Under the pieces are notes generated by a model that was not told the DNA's origin, ran no database searches, and saw only the letters and a list, made by a program, of their open reading frames with translations. From Owenia fusiformis (taxonomy: Eukaryota), in assembly GCA_903813345.2 (NCBI GenBank), contig CAIIXF020000001.1, positions 36,890,001 to 36,954,000 on the forward strand: a stretch of 64,000 nucleotides of DNA. The letters are read 5' to 3'. Made by a program: the position numbers and the translations under genes. Below are positions 1 to 13,730 of the stretch, in pieces (the stretch's first letter is position 1; each line of letters opens with the position of its first letter).

Positions 1-348
1 GGGTATATCTAATATACTACATATATCAGTTGTTGCAGTGAGTTCCTCCTATATTTGGAGGGGTATTATTATATTTCTATGGGTCAAACTGATGAAGGGG
101 CAGTAATACACTCAGGCTATACTGTACTATTAGTAATCTTGTCTGCCATCTATCTTGTCTTATCGGTTGAAAATTACTTCCTCAATATAAACATGCAAAA
201 TAAGTCGGCTTGTCATAATCTTTTTCTTTGTACCTGGTGTGGCATTACATTTATGAGTATCACTAATAACATGTGAGGGTGTTATAATTGTTCATTATTG
301 GAATTTTAGAATTGAATATGAAGGTTTTGAATCATCATGGAATACCAT

Positions 349-674
349 CACTCTTAAAAATTATTACTTGGATTTCCTTATATTGAGAAATTGTACTACT
401 CATTTTAAGTCAAAAATTACTTAAATAATCTTGAACTACTGAATAATTTTTAAGTAATTTTTAAGTAATTCATTTATGGTGAATTTACTAATGCAAGGAG
501 AGAAATTGAAATACTTACTGTAGTAATTGTAATACTCATTTACATAATTAAGCAATTAAAATACTCAAAATGACAATATAAGTTAAACCTAAGTAAAATG
601 AAGTAAAACTAAGTATTTAACTTTAAGTAATTTTTATACTTGGGAAATACTCAAGTAATTCATTTTTAAGAGTG
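349..674. mobile_element. Non-autonomous CACTA/EnSpm-like MITE
   Basis: Terminal inverted repeats CACTCTTAAAAA...TTTTTAAGAGTG flanked by the 2-bp direct repeat AT; AT-rich internal sub-repeats. Confidence 0.65.
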
Positions 675-2577
675 ATGGCTCTCTCTTCTTGCATCATAGA
701 TTCAGCTTAACCTGTTAACACAGACAGGTTTTTAGATGCGATGTGTATCAGAATGGTTTTGAATGTGTTACATAAAATACTGATGAAAAAAGTTAGTTTC
801 TCCAATGTAATAATTTTTCATAAAAACAAAGACTCATTTTATATTTTTATATTACAGTTAAAACCCCAATTTTATTCACCATTCCAATATAAATGATGCA
901 AATGTCCAGTCTTTTTACAATATTCTACCTCCAAACAATACATCATGTACAAAAAATACATCCTGAATAACTGCAGACATATAACAGTCTCTTGATGAAA
1001 CAGGGTGTACAACCGACATAGTAACATGTAACATAGTAATATGATAATCAGTGCTACTGCTATGTATACAGTGCAGGAGAATTTATCCTAAATCCAAACC
1101 AAATTAATTATTAATTCCTAGTCAAAAGAAACCTTTATATGTCCAAATTCATTAGCCCTAAAAAAGGGGCATTACTTAAAACTTACATTTTCAAAATTAT
1201 TGCCAGGCCAGGTAACATTAAAAATGAAAGGGTTATCATGAAAAAAGTCAGAACTGTTGAAACTGTCAAAAATAGGCATGATATGGCATATTGTGAGGAA
1301 TGCGAATATTGAACTCTCGTCTTTGTTGAACTGAAGAATCTGAAGAATTTTATTCAAAAATATTAATACATGTACAAACTAACATTTGGAGAGAACACAG
1401 ATTTTGTAAAGTATAGTTTTCCATTTCTTTTTTTGGGTATAGCATTAATCAGCAATTCTAACAATACTCCTATTGGGACTTATGCAAGACTGTATGATTA
1501 AGATGAATGTAGATGGATTCATTTTCTAATAAATACTGTATGGTTTTGGAATTTATATACAGCTAGTTTGAAAAAGTTATAAAATGATAGCTATACATTT
1601 TATTTGTTTACTCAAACCATCAAAATTTCAATCTTGTATCATGGATTTATGAATGTTTTAAATCTGCCAGATAATGCACATCTCCCCTCCATACTTTTAG
1701 ACAGCAGAATATCAACTGTTACCCTTTGTAATAAAATACTACTAAAGCTAGGATGAGGCCCACAGTTACCTTTCGGAAAAATAAACAAAAATAAAAATAT
1801 TCTATGTTCCCCAGTTTATTTGCCTCAATGTGGACCTTGTTACACCACAGCAAGACCAAGAAATAATAAGGCACCCATATTATTAAATAATAATACATGT
1901 ACATTATGTATATTACATTTATATATAAAATAGTGCCAGTGCAAATTATGAATTCATGTGAGCCCTTCCTCTTTCATATCATCCTCCATACGCAGGGCTC
2001 CAAAATCCAAAATTCAGAATATCTTCTTTCTTTGAAGGAGGTATGGAATCTGGACACCTGCTTAAGAGAATGCTTTCACATTGAAATTATTTCAAGCATT
2101 GATGTATCCTTTCAGTTACAATGTAAACAAAGTTCAGGGTTTTTGTCAATCACAAGGAAATGGCACCCAAATCCTAGTTTCTATGCACCGCATAATGGTC
2201 ATGATCATGACTTAATCAAATCAAGACGGACAAGGTTGGGCTACCATACATTACATATTCCTTTAAGAACTAATAAAAATGAATACATAGTTAGCTTTAA
2301 TAATTATATATTGCTACATTTCAGCTTTAGCAACTGGTTGTGCTATACAGGCATTACCAATTCAGCAATAATACAAGTCATATTGATGCATGTGACTTAT
2401 ATAGCCTACCAGTAATTGGATTTCCAATTTGTTCATAGCGGAAGCAGACCAGGGCTTCTTGAATTCATTTTGGCCATACCCTTTAATATAAGCTTCACTC
2501 TTCCCCTCTTAGAATTTCAGAGCACTGATTCATATACACATTGCAGATGTTTCAATAATATTCTCTATGTGCAGATA

Positions 2578-5121
2578 TCATGATAATCGTACAGCACTAA
2601 GACTGTCACTAGTTTTTCGAGATCTTTGAGCTTCTTTTTCTAATTTTCGTTTTTGATGTTCTAATTGTCTACGTTCTCGTTCTAAACGTCTTTTTTCTTT
2701 AATAGTGGCCTCAGCCTCGAGTGACAAGTCTTCATCTTCCTCATCCCAAGCATTAGTGTCGTCCTGCCATTCATCAAGGTCAGCACTCTGAAATTAAATA
2801 TAATCATCAGTGTTATCCTGCTTGCATGAGAGCACTCAACACTCTGAAAAACAATATAAGCATCAGTGTTGTCCTGTTTACCTGAAACCAAAAGATAGTT
2901 CAAAGGCTCAGAGAAATAGTCCGACATTAGGCAGCTGCATTTCCAAAATATAGAAATATTGTAAATTTTAATTTTGCTAAGACTAAAGGTAGAATCAGAT
3001 CTATAGAGAGTGACAAAATTGCAAGCAATATGAACAATGATCTACCAATATGTTTCTTATGGTTTAAATCAAATCAGAGTTGATATTGCACCAGTGTTAT
3101 CCTGCATTTGTTTATTTTGAATCTGGCAGGTATGCACTGATTAATAATCGTGCAATATTGGATGAATGTTATGTTTAATTATACAAGTCAAATATTAAAT
3201 TTTTTAAACAACTAAATTATGTATTTTCATTGAAAAATCAAGTAAGGGGTAATTTAAAACCATTTCTAGCTTATCACAGACTTTTGTAAGTTACATTCTT
3301 TCTGTCATATTGTCTCATCATATATAATCAGCTGGATGCTAAAGTCACTGGTATTTGTATTCAAATATTTTACCTGTATGTTAATAGTAACACCAGGTTA
3401 CTGAAAAGCGAGTCGTCAGGAGAAAATATATCCAGCAGCTCCAATAATTGAGTGAGAATTCCTCACTTCAGCTACCAGGATGTTATCTGGTGAATCTTGG
3501 TTATGTTGTCTTGCAGACTTTTAACGTCCTAATTGCTGAAGTTATGGAGCCCTTGGATGAATATACTTGTCACTGATTCGCTTTTCAGTAACCGGATGTT
3601 ATTATTAACATAAGGGTAAAATATTTGGATACAAATCGACCTCCCTCTTGATGAAAATGATGAAAACAAAAATTTCCTCTGATGGAAGTTCATCCAATTT
3701 GTTATAAAGATGAAATGTGAGTGAAAGTGAATCTAATTTGTTATAAAGACGAAATGTGAGTGAAAGTGAGCCATCAATTTTTAATGTAAGAGTTAGTACT
3801 TACTGCTGCTGGTGCTACTGTGTGCATGGCTAGTCTACTTGACATGTTCCCACTCTGGCCTGAATTCAAATCTTGACGCTTTTTCACCAAAACCTAGAAT
3901 CATGAAATATTAATGTTTTGCAAACCCAAATGGGCTAGATTTAAATGGTAAAGGAGGAACTTGGTTAAAGAGTATGAATATGTTTGAGAGGAGAATATCA
4001 AACTTTTTATTGATTAATAATTTCATTGCAAAAACATACTTGAATATTGAAAGTAAATAGCCCATGTGTCCCTTCACATTATTTACTTAGAGAATTGATA
4101 GTGTAAGGGTGAGGGGGGTAGAGGTAGAGGGAACTGATCAAATATTAAGGTATAACACCTGTTCAAATGTTGAACAATTACAGAAAATCATAAGGCACAT
4201 TATAATATGGTCACTGTTTGCATCCATATACATGTACATGTACAGTATATATATTTACTGTACATATATCATAGCAAACAAAGTTAAAACAATCAATTGT
4301 AAAAATCACAAACCTTCTTTGGTTTTTTATATGATGGAGCCATGTCTTGAAAAAAGTCTAAATCTGGTTCTTCTTCAGGCTCAGCACTTTTTCTATTGCT
4401 GCTATGGTGACTGTTACTAATGATATTATTAGATGTGTGATTAGTTGCTGGAGCTATGTTGCCATGGTGATCTTGAACTGCGACACCTAATGGTTGTTCT
4501 TCACCTCCCCAATTATCCCATGATTGCATCTCCACCTAGAATTCAATCCACATATACTATATAAAACTAGGCAAAAGGTGTATCTATTCATTTTTTGTAC
4601 AATACTAGGAGTAAGATCTCATTGTGACAGTAATCTCATAAACTATACTTTTAATTTGTTATTTACCTAATATTCATAATACCACATTTCTCTCACAATA
4701 CATTGAAAAGCTAGGAATTGGGGAATGATACGCTTTCCCAAATCCAATGATTGTAGTTTACAGTACATATTCATGTCGATGAAACTGAATTCAATGTGAA
4801 ATTGAATATTTTGCAGTAAAAAAAAGAATAATATTGATGTTCCTTGATTGAATCTTTTGATATCTAAAATTAGATCACTGAGTGTATGTAACTTTTAAGA
4901 TGGATCATTAATATGTATCAAACATGCCAAACCTCTTCATTTCCTGGGAAGGACTGTTGTACTGATGATACGGCTTCTAAATGCTTGTTGGCAAGTGGAA
5001 GAATTGTGCCCGAGTCTCTCCTATGGCCCTTCACTCTACATATTGCACGTCTGAATAGTCGTGTGAATATCCCTATGATCCCCAGGAAAAATCCCAAGAC
5101 CTTCTTCAACAGGAAGTTCAT
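2578..5121 (-). CDS. EBAG9: Receptor-binding cancer antigen expressed on SiSo cells (EBAG9/RCAS1); coding exons approx 5121-4933, 4535-4314, 3893-3804, 2787-2578
   Basis: GT-AG spliced frame: N-terminal hydrophobic MNFLLKKVLGFFLGIIGIF, SWDNW, EPDLDFFQDMAP, and a C-terminal coiled coil LDEWQDDTNAWDEE...EHQKRKLEKEAQR...AVRLS*. These match hallmark EBAG9 motifs. A probable non-coding first exon has its donor near 6909. Confidence 0.9.
3352..3636. mobile_element. Palindromic MITE-like element in an EBAG9 intron
   Basis: About 60-bp imperfect inverted arms (atttgtattcaaatattttacc...gttactgaaaagcga / tcgcttttcagtaac...ggtaaaatatttggatacaaat). Confidence 0.55.
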
Positions 5122-5436
5122 AGCACCATCTGAGGAATTGTTCACCTGAAAAATTGAACTTATTTAAATAAATATCATCTGGAATTGGAAGTTCCTAATT
5201 TTTGAGTCTGAAGGCTTAGACGTGGAACAATATACAGGTTGGGTCACAGAATTAGTACCCTTACGTAATATAATAAACAAGGGTAAGATTGGCGGGATGA
5301 GACAAGATGTTGTAAGATTATGGAAAACTTCAGTAAATGAAATTTCGACCACCATCTTGACAGAAATAACCCAGACAATTGGGGTTTGAACAAAATCAGG
5401 ACTTATATTAGGAGTTCAAAAATATATTGAGCTATG

Positions 5437-6420
5437 TTATTTCAGTTGCAAGGCGTGCCCCATTGCAGGACTATAGTCTTTGTTGTATCTGCGGCGGACA
5501 AAAACCTGGCTGTTAGTTACTTGTAATTGTCTGGGTCTATTGTGGGAGGGGGGTTCAAGATATTGGTCCTTGGGAAATCCAACTAGGCTATTGTTGATTT
5601 TATAGAGCATGGTGAGCCGTTGTTGTTGTCTTCTCTGCTCCAGAGACTCCCATTGTAGCTTGGACAGCATAGCACCGACAGAGCTAACACGGTTAAAGTC
5701 ATTCATGACATACCGTGCTGCTCTACGCTGGGTCATCTCCAGAGCTTGTTTTTGGGTTGATGTGTAAGGGTCCCACACACAGCCTGCATATTCAAGCCTT
5801 GGTCTAATCAGGGTGAAATATGCAGTCTGTTTAGAGCCTTCCATAAATGACATCTCAGCATGCCAAGGAGTTGATTACTCTTGGTTATGGATTTAGCAAT
5901 ATGCTGGTTCCACTTAAGGTCTGCCTGCACTGTAACACCTAGATATTCTGCCGACGGTACCTGTTTAAGGGCATGTCCCTGCATGTTGTAGATGTTCCAG
6001 TTTCCGACAGCACAGTGCACTTGTCTGGGTGGAATTGCATCAGCCATTGATTTTCCCAGGCTACTGCAGCATTAAGGCCTTCTTGTAGTAATGCTGTATC
6101 GAGTGGAGAATCAACTTGTCTGTAAATGATGCTGTCATCTGCAAAAAGCCTCAAGGTACTATGTTGCAGGACATTGGGTAAGTCGTTAATGTAAATGAGG
6201 AAGAGGATCGGACCGAGGACAGTCCCCTGGGGGACTCCTCACTCCATCTACACTAACTCTTTGGGTTCTTGCTTGCAAGAAGTCTTTGATCCAGCAGTTG
6301 GCCTGACCTCTGATACTGTAGTATTGGAGTTTGTAAAGCAGGTGGCGATGTGATACCTTGTCAAATGCCTTTGCAAAATCCATCACTATGACATCAGTCT
6401 GGTGATTAGTGTAATTTGGT
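5437..6420 (-). mobile_element. Degenerate 5'-truncated non-LTR retrotransposon (LINE) RT fragment in EBAG9 intron 1
   Basis: Frameshifted ORFs carry RT motifs [36 protein letters not shown] and IRPRLEYAGCVWDP...QRRAARYV. Confidence 0.9.
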
Positions 6421-6959
6421 TGGGTAGACAGGCCAGGAAAGCATTTCCCGCAATATAGAACCACCTAGTGTGTACGACCATCGTATGCAAGAAAAAAGAA
6501 ATATCCAAATAAGAAAAAATTACAATAAATAACAGCATACGACGGTCGGATGTATATGACTAGATTTAGTGATACGATTCGATACCAGGAACCCTTACCA
6601 AGACAGCAAGTTTTCAAAAAAATCTTCAGTCGGTGATGTCACACTGTTTCTTTTAGATTAAGTTTACCAATTACGAACCAGCAAAAATGGGGCCTCTTCA
6701 AAACCATTTCAATTTACAAGATTGAAGATAAGTTTTAGATTGAGCATGAGATTCTAATATTCAGAAAATAAACAATTGTTGATCATTCTCTATGGATGGA
6801 TTTTTGACTAATAAACATGATGTGATAGTGTATAATTACTGTATCTTGGGGATATATGTTTCAGCCAGTAAAAAGGACAATAAATGATGATATAGAGAGA
6901 AAAACTTACGTTTTGGATTTATTTTACCAGATACAACAGTTCGGCAAATGTTGAAGTCT

Positions 6960-7110
6960 CGCAGAATCTCTGGGGTTCTCCTTCAACTTCTCGAAATCCC
7001 CATGACAACAGAAGGAAACAAAAGTTTACTTCCGGATTTGCGTCGTTTACGTTATTGAAATTCTGTCCTCGATTTTTCATTATAAACAAGAGAAATGTAA
7101 AGAGAATTAT
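6960..7110. promoter_or_regulatory. Probable compact bidirectional promoter for EBAG9 / LKAAEAR1
   Basis: Divergent putative first-exon donors near 6909 (-) and 7194 (+); local CpG enrichment; ETS-like ACTTCCGG near 7028; X-box-like CCATGACAAC near 7000. Confidence 0.45.
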
Positions 7111-7242
7111 AGCATGAAGTAGTTCTTTATAATAGACAGTACAGTAATTAAAAAGTAGAATCCAAATTTTAGGTGACGGGAGCGGAATAGAAGGTAATTA
7201 GACAGATAATTTGTAGCCTATTTATTTTTCAACAAGAGAAAA

Positions 7243-7363
7243 CAGATGGCAGAATTTTTCTAAGAAAATACATCCTAAAGAACCATAGCATACGGTTTTT
7301 TAGCCATGACATACGGCGCCGTATGCATAGGATGTATTTCCTAAGAAAAATTCTGCTATCTGT
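7243..7363. mobile_element. Small palindromic MITE in LKAAEAR1 intron 1
   Basis: Inverted arms cagatggcagaatttttctaagaaaatacatccta / taggatgtatttcctaagaaaaattctgctatctg. Confidence 0.55.
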
Positions 7364-7485
7364 GCAGTAGACTAATTAAAGAAAGTATTAAAATTGTTAG
7401 TCTACATATAGATCTAATCAAGAACACATAGACTATATTTTTGTCTTTCAGGTTTATTACAAGAGAGAGACTATCAAAACTAACA

Positions 7486-8543
7486 ATGTCGGAAAACAAT
7501 GCTGACACACTTCCTCCAATCAAACAAAAATTCGTTCCAAAGGTATGGACTCATTTTAAAAAATCTGAAGGATCATTGCGGAAAATGGCACCACAACTCA
7601 AAAGCAGGTACCAAGCTTATGAAGAACCTCCAAAAGAAATTAGTGACGCTCAAAAAGAAGTGAAAAAGAGACTACGAGAATTAAAAAAGAAACAAACTCT
7701 AGCAAATATGCCAACCCCACAAGATGAGATACAAGAACAAGATAAACACGAGAAATTAATTGGACAATTAAAAGCAGCTGAAGCTAGGAATAGATTACGA
7801 ATTATGAGGCTGCGATATCAAGCGAACAGAGTGAGTTTTTGTGTAGTAGTCTTGCATCATAACTTTGTGACCCCTTCTCCCATACAGACATTTTAACTCC
7901 ACGAAAGTGAGAAGGAAGTGGAAAGGGAGGGGGAGGATGTTCTCGAGACTTGATGCACAACTATCAATTATATTATAGTAAACAAACAATACATTGTATC
8001 ATGAGCTTTCTAGAGAAAAGTTGACAATTTTTGGTACTTATTAATATTATATATACATAAATTGTTATTATAAGGTTTATTTTTTCATGAAATATATCAT
8101 GTATTTACAGGCTCAGGAAGTGAATCATTTAATAGCATGTCAGCCTTCAGCATTGAAAGCAGTGAGACTCCAGGCACTGGTACCTCCCTACCAGGGGAAG
8201 GATGGCAATGGAGACAACTTAGACAAACTTGATGTAAGTGCATTTTAAATTATCTTTTTTTGCATTTGCTTTAGTAAATTCATGTACATTTTCAGTTTTA
8301 CAAGTCACATAGTAATTGCACATTGGAAATTTATACTACCATTTGAAAAATGGCTTTGAAATTAATGTAAGATATCATTAATAGCTATGTAATATATGTG
8401 AACTGGTGAATGTTCAATATTTTTTCTCATGCAGCAATTTTAGTCCCATTGTACATGTTCTATCACTTTTCTACTTGCAGAGGAATCGGGTAGAATCTCT
8501 ATTAGAAGATCCACAAGGCTTGCTGACAAATAGAATTTCATAA
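7486..8543 (+). CDS. LKAAEAR1: LKAAEAR motif-containing protein 1; exons 7486-7830, 8111-8233, 8481-8543
   Basis: Diagnostic LIGQLKAAEARNRLRIMRLRY followed, after splicing, by AQEVNHLIACQPSALKAVRLQALVP; canonical GT-AG phase-0 introns. Confidence 0.9.
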
Positions 8544-9028
8544 TACATGAACTGTATGTGCAGGATTTAAATACAATGGACCCCTGATTCCAAGGACAGT
8601 AGGACTCTGATGAAATGATGAAAGACAGTTTAGAAAATAATGTGTAAATACATTGAACATGATCATTGGATAGGCCTATATGAAGTGCTTTAAAACTTTA
8701 CAAATCAATGAATGGAATGAACATATGCTGATGAAACAAAGGTGTCATGAATGGATGGTCTTCCAGAATATACAACTCATTGTTGTTAAATTTACATGTT
8801 GTGAATGGAATTAGTAAGAAATCAATGCATTTTAACTGCCCAATGTTTCTAAAACTTGAGGTATATGGTCATAATCATTATCAACCATCTCACATCTGAT
8901 CTTTCTATCATGTATGACAAGTGAGTGGAAACCAAAAGAGATTCAAACCTTTATTTTTCTTTCATTTTTTCAGTCATTTACAAATCATAATATTTGAATA
9001 AACAAGTTGATACTCTTAAATTAATAAC

Positions 9029-9184
9029 TATTTTTGATATTGAAAATACAATAACTTTATTTCGTTATGAAGAAAAACAGTTTAAATGAAAATCAATATA
9101 ATTATTATTTTTGATATTGAAAATACAATAACTTTATTTCGTTATGAAGAAAAAACAGTTTAAATGAAAATAAATATAATTATA
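9029..9184. repeat. Two-copy tandem duplication, about 77-bp unit
   Basis: tatttttgatattgaaaatacaataactttatttcgttatgaagaaaaacagtttaaatgaaaat occurs twice back to back. Confidence 0.85.
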
Positions 9185-9964
9185 AACTTGAATTGAATTA
9201 TTCATGTGGTAATGACCATTCACTGATTGTATTATTATAATAATTGTACAGTGATGTACATGTATGTTTAAGGACAGAACAAGATGTGTATTGTATGTTG
9301 TGCAATATCCAAACAGAATACTTTATATAAATAATCATGTTGTTTATTGTTATTATTTTATTTAGTTGGAACAACACTACAATGATATCACACATTTACC
9401 TATAAAATAACTTATCTCTCACACAATCGGAATAAATAGTGTTTGTGGCATATGAAATACTGTAAAACAAGAAGCTTACACATTTGAATAATTTTGTATA
9501 AATCCATGATTCACTATTTTCTGATCATCCCAATATTGAAGTGAAATTTTAATTTTATTGCAAAAATGACAGTTTTACAGTATTCATTAATATCATTCAT
9601 AGTGATATCTATTCAGAACAGTATTTTCAAATGTTTTCATGAATCATTTTTATAATTCAAAATTTGTATTTTTAATTACGTGTTTATTCATCGATTGCAT
9701 GCAAGTGGAAAATAACAATACCTCTGTTGTTAATTTATAAAAAAATATGTTGGCTATAAAAAATGCCTTTTCATGGTGTATTACTAAATAATTTTGGCAC
9801 TTGCTGGCGGCATTTTTTTGGTGACATGCATTTACAGCATAAATAGTAAAATTCATTCCATAAACCTTAATCTAATTTGCCTGATCTATTAGATTCATAA
9901 TTGGTATTTCTCCCTACTGTTTTACTATGTGCAGCTGTAATCCATGTGTCAGTAAATCTCAAAC

Positions 9965-12720
9965 CTATCCAATGAGAGTTTTCTGTGCATTTTGTGCATT
10001 AGGGGATTGAAGTACCTCTCCTTCACCTCCTTTGTCCTTAGCTCCATGTTTTAATGTTTTCACAAACTCAGTGTAGTTAAACATTCCCTGGTCTATAGGG
10101 GCATCATGAAGTAGTTGGTCAACCATATCATCTGTCCAGCGATTGCCCATAGTGGTCATAATCTCACGGAGTTTGTCTTCTGCTAATACCCCTGAAGTTA
10201 TTATGGGTTTTTATTAAAACACAATAACTCAGTACACAGGGAATTTTTTAACAATTTATAACATTATTCCTGGGCTTCAGTTGTGCAGGATTCACCTAAC
10301 AGAACTTTTAAAGATTCGCCTGATTGAACTATTCAATATTCACTCAACTGAATACTCACCCATTTGATCATCATCAAAGCAAGCAAATGCATTCCTGATG
10401 ACATCCTCAGGGTCTGTTCCATTCAGTTTCTCACCAAACAGTGTCAGAAACATTGTGAAATTCAGTGGACCTGTAACAAACAAATCATGGATGTGTGAAC
10501 ACACATGAGTCTGTAAATGCATAACAATGGTTTACTGTCAATTAAATGCACCTAAATACCCACACTGTCTTCACACCACTAGCCACACTATCTTCCCACT
10601 ACTAGCCACACTATCTTCCCACCACTAGCCACACTATCTTCCCATCACTAGCCACACTATGTTCCCACCACTAGCCACACTATCTTCCTATCACTAGTCA
10701 CACTATCTTCCCACCACTAGCCACATTATCTTCCCACCACTAGCCACACTATCTTCCCACCACTAGCCACACTTTCTTCCTTCCACTAGCCACACTATCG
10801 ACCCACCACTAGCCACACTATCTTCCCACCACAAGCCACACTATCTTCCCACCACTAGCCACACTATCTTCCCACCACTAGCCACACTATCTTCCCACCA
10901 CTAGCCACACTATCTTCCCATCACTAGCCACACTATCTTCCCACCACTAGCCACACTATCTTCCTATCACTAGCCACACTATTTTCCCACCACTAGCCAC
11001 ACTATCTTCCCATCACTAGCCACACTATGTTCCCACCACTAGCCACACTATCTTCCTATCACTAGTCACACTATCTTCCCACCACTAGCCACATTATCTT
11101 CCCACCACTAGCCACACTATCTTCCCACCACTAGCCACACTATCTTCCCACCACTAGCCACACTTTCTTCCTATCACTAGCCACACTATCTACCCACCAC
11201 TAGCCACACTATATTCCCACCACTAGCCACACTATCTTCCCACCACTAGCCACACTATCTTCCCACCACTAGCCACACTATCTTCCCAACACTAGCCACA
11301 CTTCCTTCCTACCACTAGCCACACTATCTACCCACCACTAACCACACTATCTTCCCACCACTAGCCACACTATCTTCCCACCACTAGCCACACTATCTTC
11401 CCACCACTAGTCACACTGTCTTCCCACCACTAGCCACACTATCTTCCCATCACTAGCCACACTATGTTCCCACCACTAGCCACACTATCTTCCCATCACT
11501 AGCCACACTATGTTCCCACCACTAGCCACACTATCTTCCTATCACTAGTCACACTATCTTCCCACCACTAGCCACATTATCTTCCCACCACTAGCCACAC
11601 TTTCTTTCTACCACTAGCCACACTATCTACCCACCACTAGCCACACTATCTTCCCACCACAAGCCACACTATCTTCCCACCACTAGCCACACTATCTTCC
11701 CACCACTAGCCACACTATCTTCCCACCACTAGCCACACTATCTTCCCATCACTAGCCACACTATGTTCCCACCACTAGCCACACTATCTTGCTATCACTA
11801 GCCACACTATCTTCCCACCACTAGCCACACTATCTTCCCATCACTAGCCACACTATGTTCCCACCACTAGCCACACTATCTTCCTATCACTAGTCACACT
11901 ATCTTCCCACCACTAGCCACATTATCTTCCCACCACTAGCCACACTATCTTCCCACCACTAGCCACACTATCTTCCCACCACTAGCCACACTTTCTTCCT
12001 ACCACTAGCCACACTATCTACCCACCACTAGCCACACTATCTTCCCACCACTAGCCACACTATCTTCCCACCACTAGCCACACTATCTTCCTATCACTAG
12101 CCACACTATCTTCCCACCACTAGTCACACTGTCTTCCCACCACTAGCCACACTATCTTCCCACCACTAGCCACACGTTCTTTCTACCACTGGCCACACTA
12201 TCTACCCACCACTAGCCACACTATCTTCCCATCACTAGCCACACTATCTTCCCACCATTACAGAGGATTTTAGTTTTGGTACTGAAATGATCTTAACAAT
12301 CTCAAATGTAGCTTCAATGGACCTTGAATATTTGAATCAAAATTACTAAAGTAATTTTATATTTTCTCTCCATACCAGGGGCCTCATTGATCATATCCTC
12401 CAAGTATTCATCAGTGGGGTTCTTCCCTAATGATGTCAACATTTCTAACAGGTCCTCCTTGTCCACAAAGCCATCATGATTCTGGTCTATCATGTTAAAC
12501 GCCTCCTAGAGTCAATAAAAAATTGATATTAAGAATCGGAAAATTGAGAGCATTAAGAAATTATTCCATCTATGCGAATTATTATTAGGTAATGGGCAAT
12601 GGGTAGTTTAGTATTTACCTTAAATTCCTGTATTTGTGCCTGGCTGAACATGGCAAATACATTTGAGGTGTACCTCTGGGCACGCTCCCTCTTCTTCTTC
12701 TTGGCTTTTGCAGCAGACAT
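9965..12720 (-). CDS. Myosin II regulatory light chain (sqh/MYL9/MYL12-like); exons 12720-12619, 12505-12376, 10470-10360, 10191-9965
   Basis: [41 protein letters not shown] (EF-hand), [51 protein letters not shown] likely 5' UTR exon donor lies near 14806. Confidence 0.93.
10560..12257. repeat. 23-bp minisatellite, about 73 copies, in an MRLC intron
   Basis: Unit CCACTAGCCACACTATCTTCCCA repeated head-to-tail with point variants and no spacers. Confidence 0.97.
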
Positions 12721-13167
12721 CTTTACCTAAGGCTAATGTAAAGAAATGAATGTTTAGCATATCCCTCCTCAACTATTTCACTTGCCATAAGAATAAGGTC
12801 AATGCAGTACTAATGGAAAATAAATTATGGTTCTCATACTTTTCATTTATTTTGACAGAAATAGGTACTCTATATACTTTGATAATATGGTATGATGGGT
12901 GGATTCCCATAGATTTATGATTTAATAGTCAAATCTTTATTCCAAGTCATTATTAACCATTATAAGGCTGCTGTAGTCTTTGTCCCATGGGTCATTTATT
13001 GAATTCTTTTTTCAAAGTAATGCTTATGGGGATTTCATTTTAAGGGAAAGGATACATTTTTATTTGTAAGACAATGTGTTCAATGAGACCATATACCAGC
13101 CCCTACATAAATATCTGCACCTATTTTGTATGATTATTTTGTGATAAAATTAATTTTGTGATATATA

Positions 13168-13730
13168 CAGGGTGGTCAAAAAAATGGAAACCCTATTACC
13201 ATTTTCCTCATATCTTTGTTATTTTAAAAAATAACTCCCTGATATTTTACACTTTTGTACATCATTCAATTTGCTACCAGCCTACCTTATTTCATGACCA
13301 TCAGATCGATAGTCACAATGTTACAGTACTTTAAAGAACATGCCCAGTGGCCACTATTGCGTTGTGGGGAAACCAGTACTCATCGTCTAAAATGTTCCTA
13401 CCTGTGGGGATATAGCAGCGATAGAATATATGAGAATGACCTCAGGACAATTGCAAACCTCAAAAGTGAGATCATCTGTTTCATTCAGGCCATACCTGCT
13501 GAGGAATGCATTTGGCTCATTGACAACTGTGCTGTTTTGCCTACACCGCGATAATGGTCAAATCTGAAGCACGTTATTCAAAGTGCTGCAAAATTGTGAC
13601 TGATGGTCATGAAATATGGTAGGGTGGTAGGAAATTGAATGATGTACAAATGTGTGAAATATCAGGTAGTAATTCCTCAAAGTGACAAAGATATAAGGAA
13701 AATGCAGGGTTTCCATTTTTTACCACCCTG
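13168..13730 (+). mobile_element. Internally deleted Tc1/mariner element
   Basis: TA|CAGGGTGGT...ACCACCCTG|TA with about 150-bp inverted arms; internal remnant YLWGY..DRIY...TIANLK..I resembles a mariner transposase C-terminus. Confidence 0.8.

Noticed and set aside
55..276. Hydrophobic 73-aa ORF at the window start
   Set aside because: No recognisable motif or clear splice context; it could be the tail of an upstream gene but this cannot be supported.
1897..2415. 172-aa ORF
   Set aside because: No domain signature; lies antisense in the probable EBAG9 3' UTR; composition typical of AT-rich noise.
10560..12257. CRISPR-like array
   Set aside because: Contiguous 23-bp units without unique spacers, no cas genes, eukaryotic intron. 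The same applies to the arrays at 37800 and 61544.
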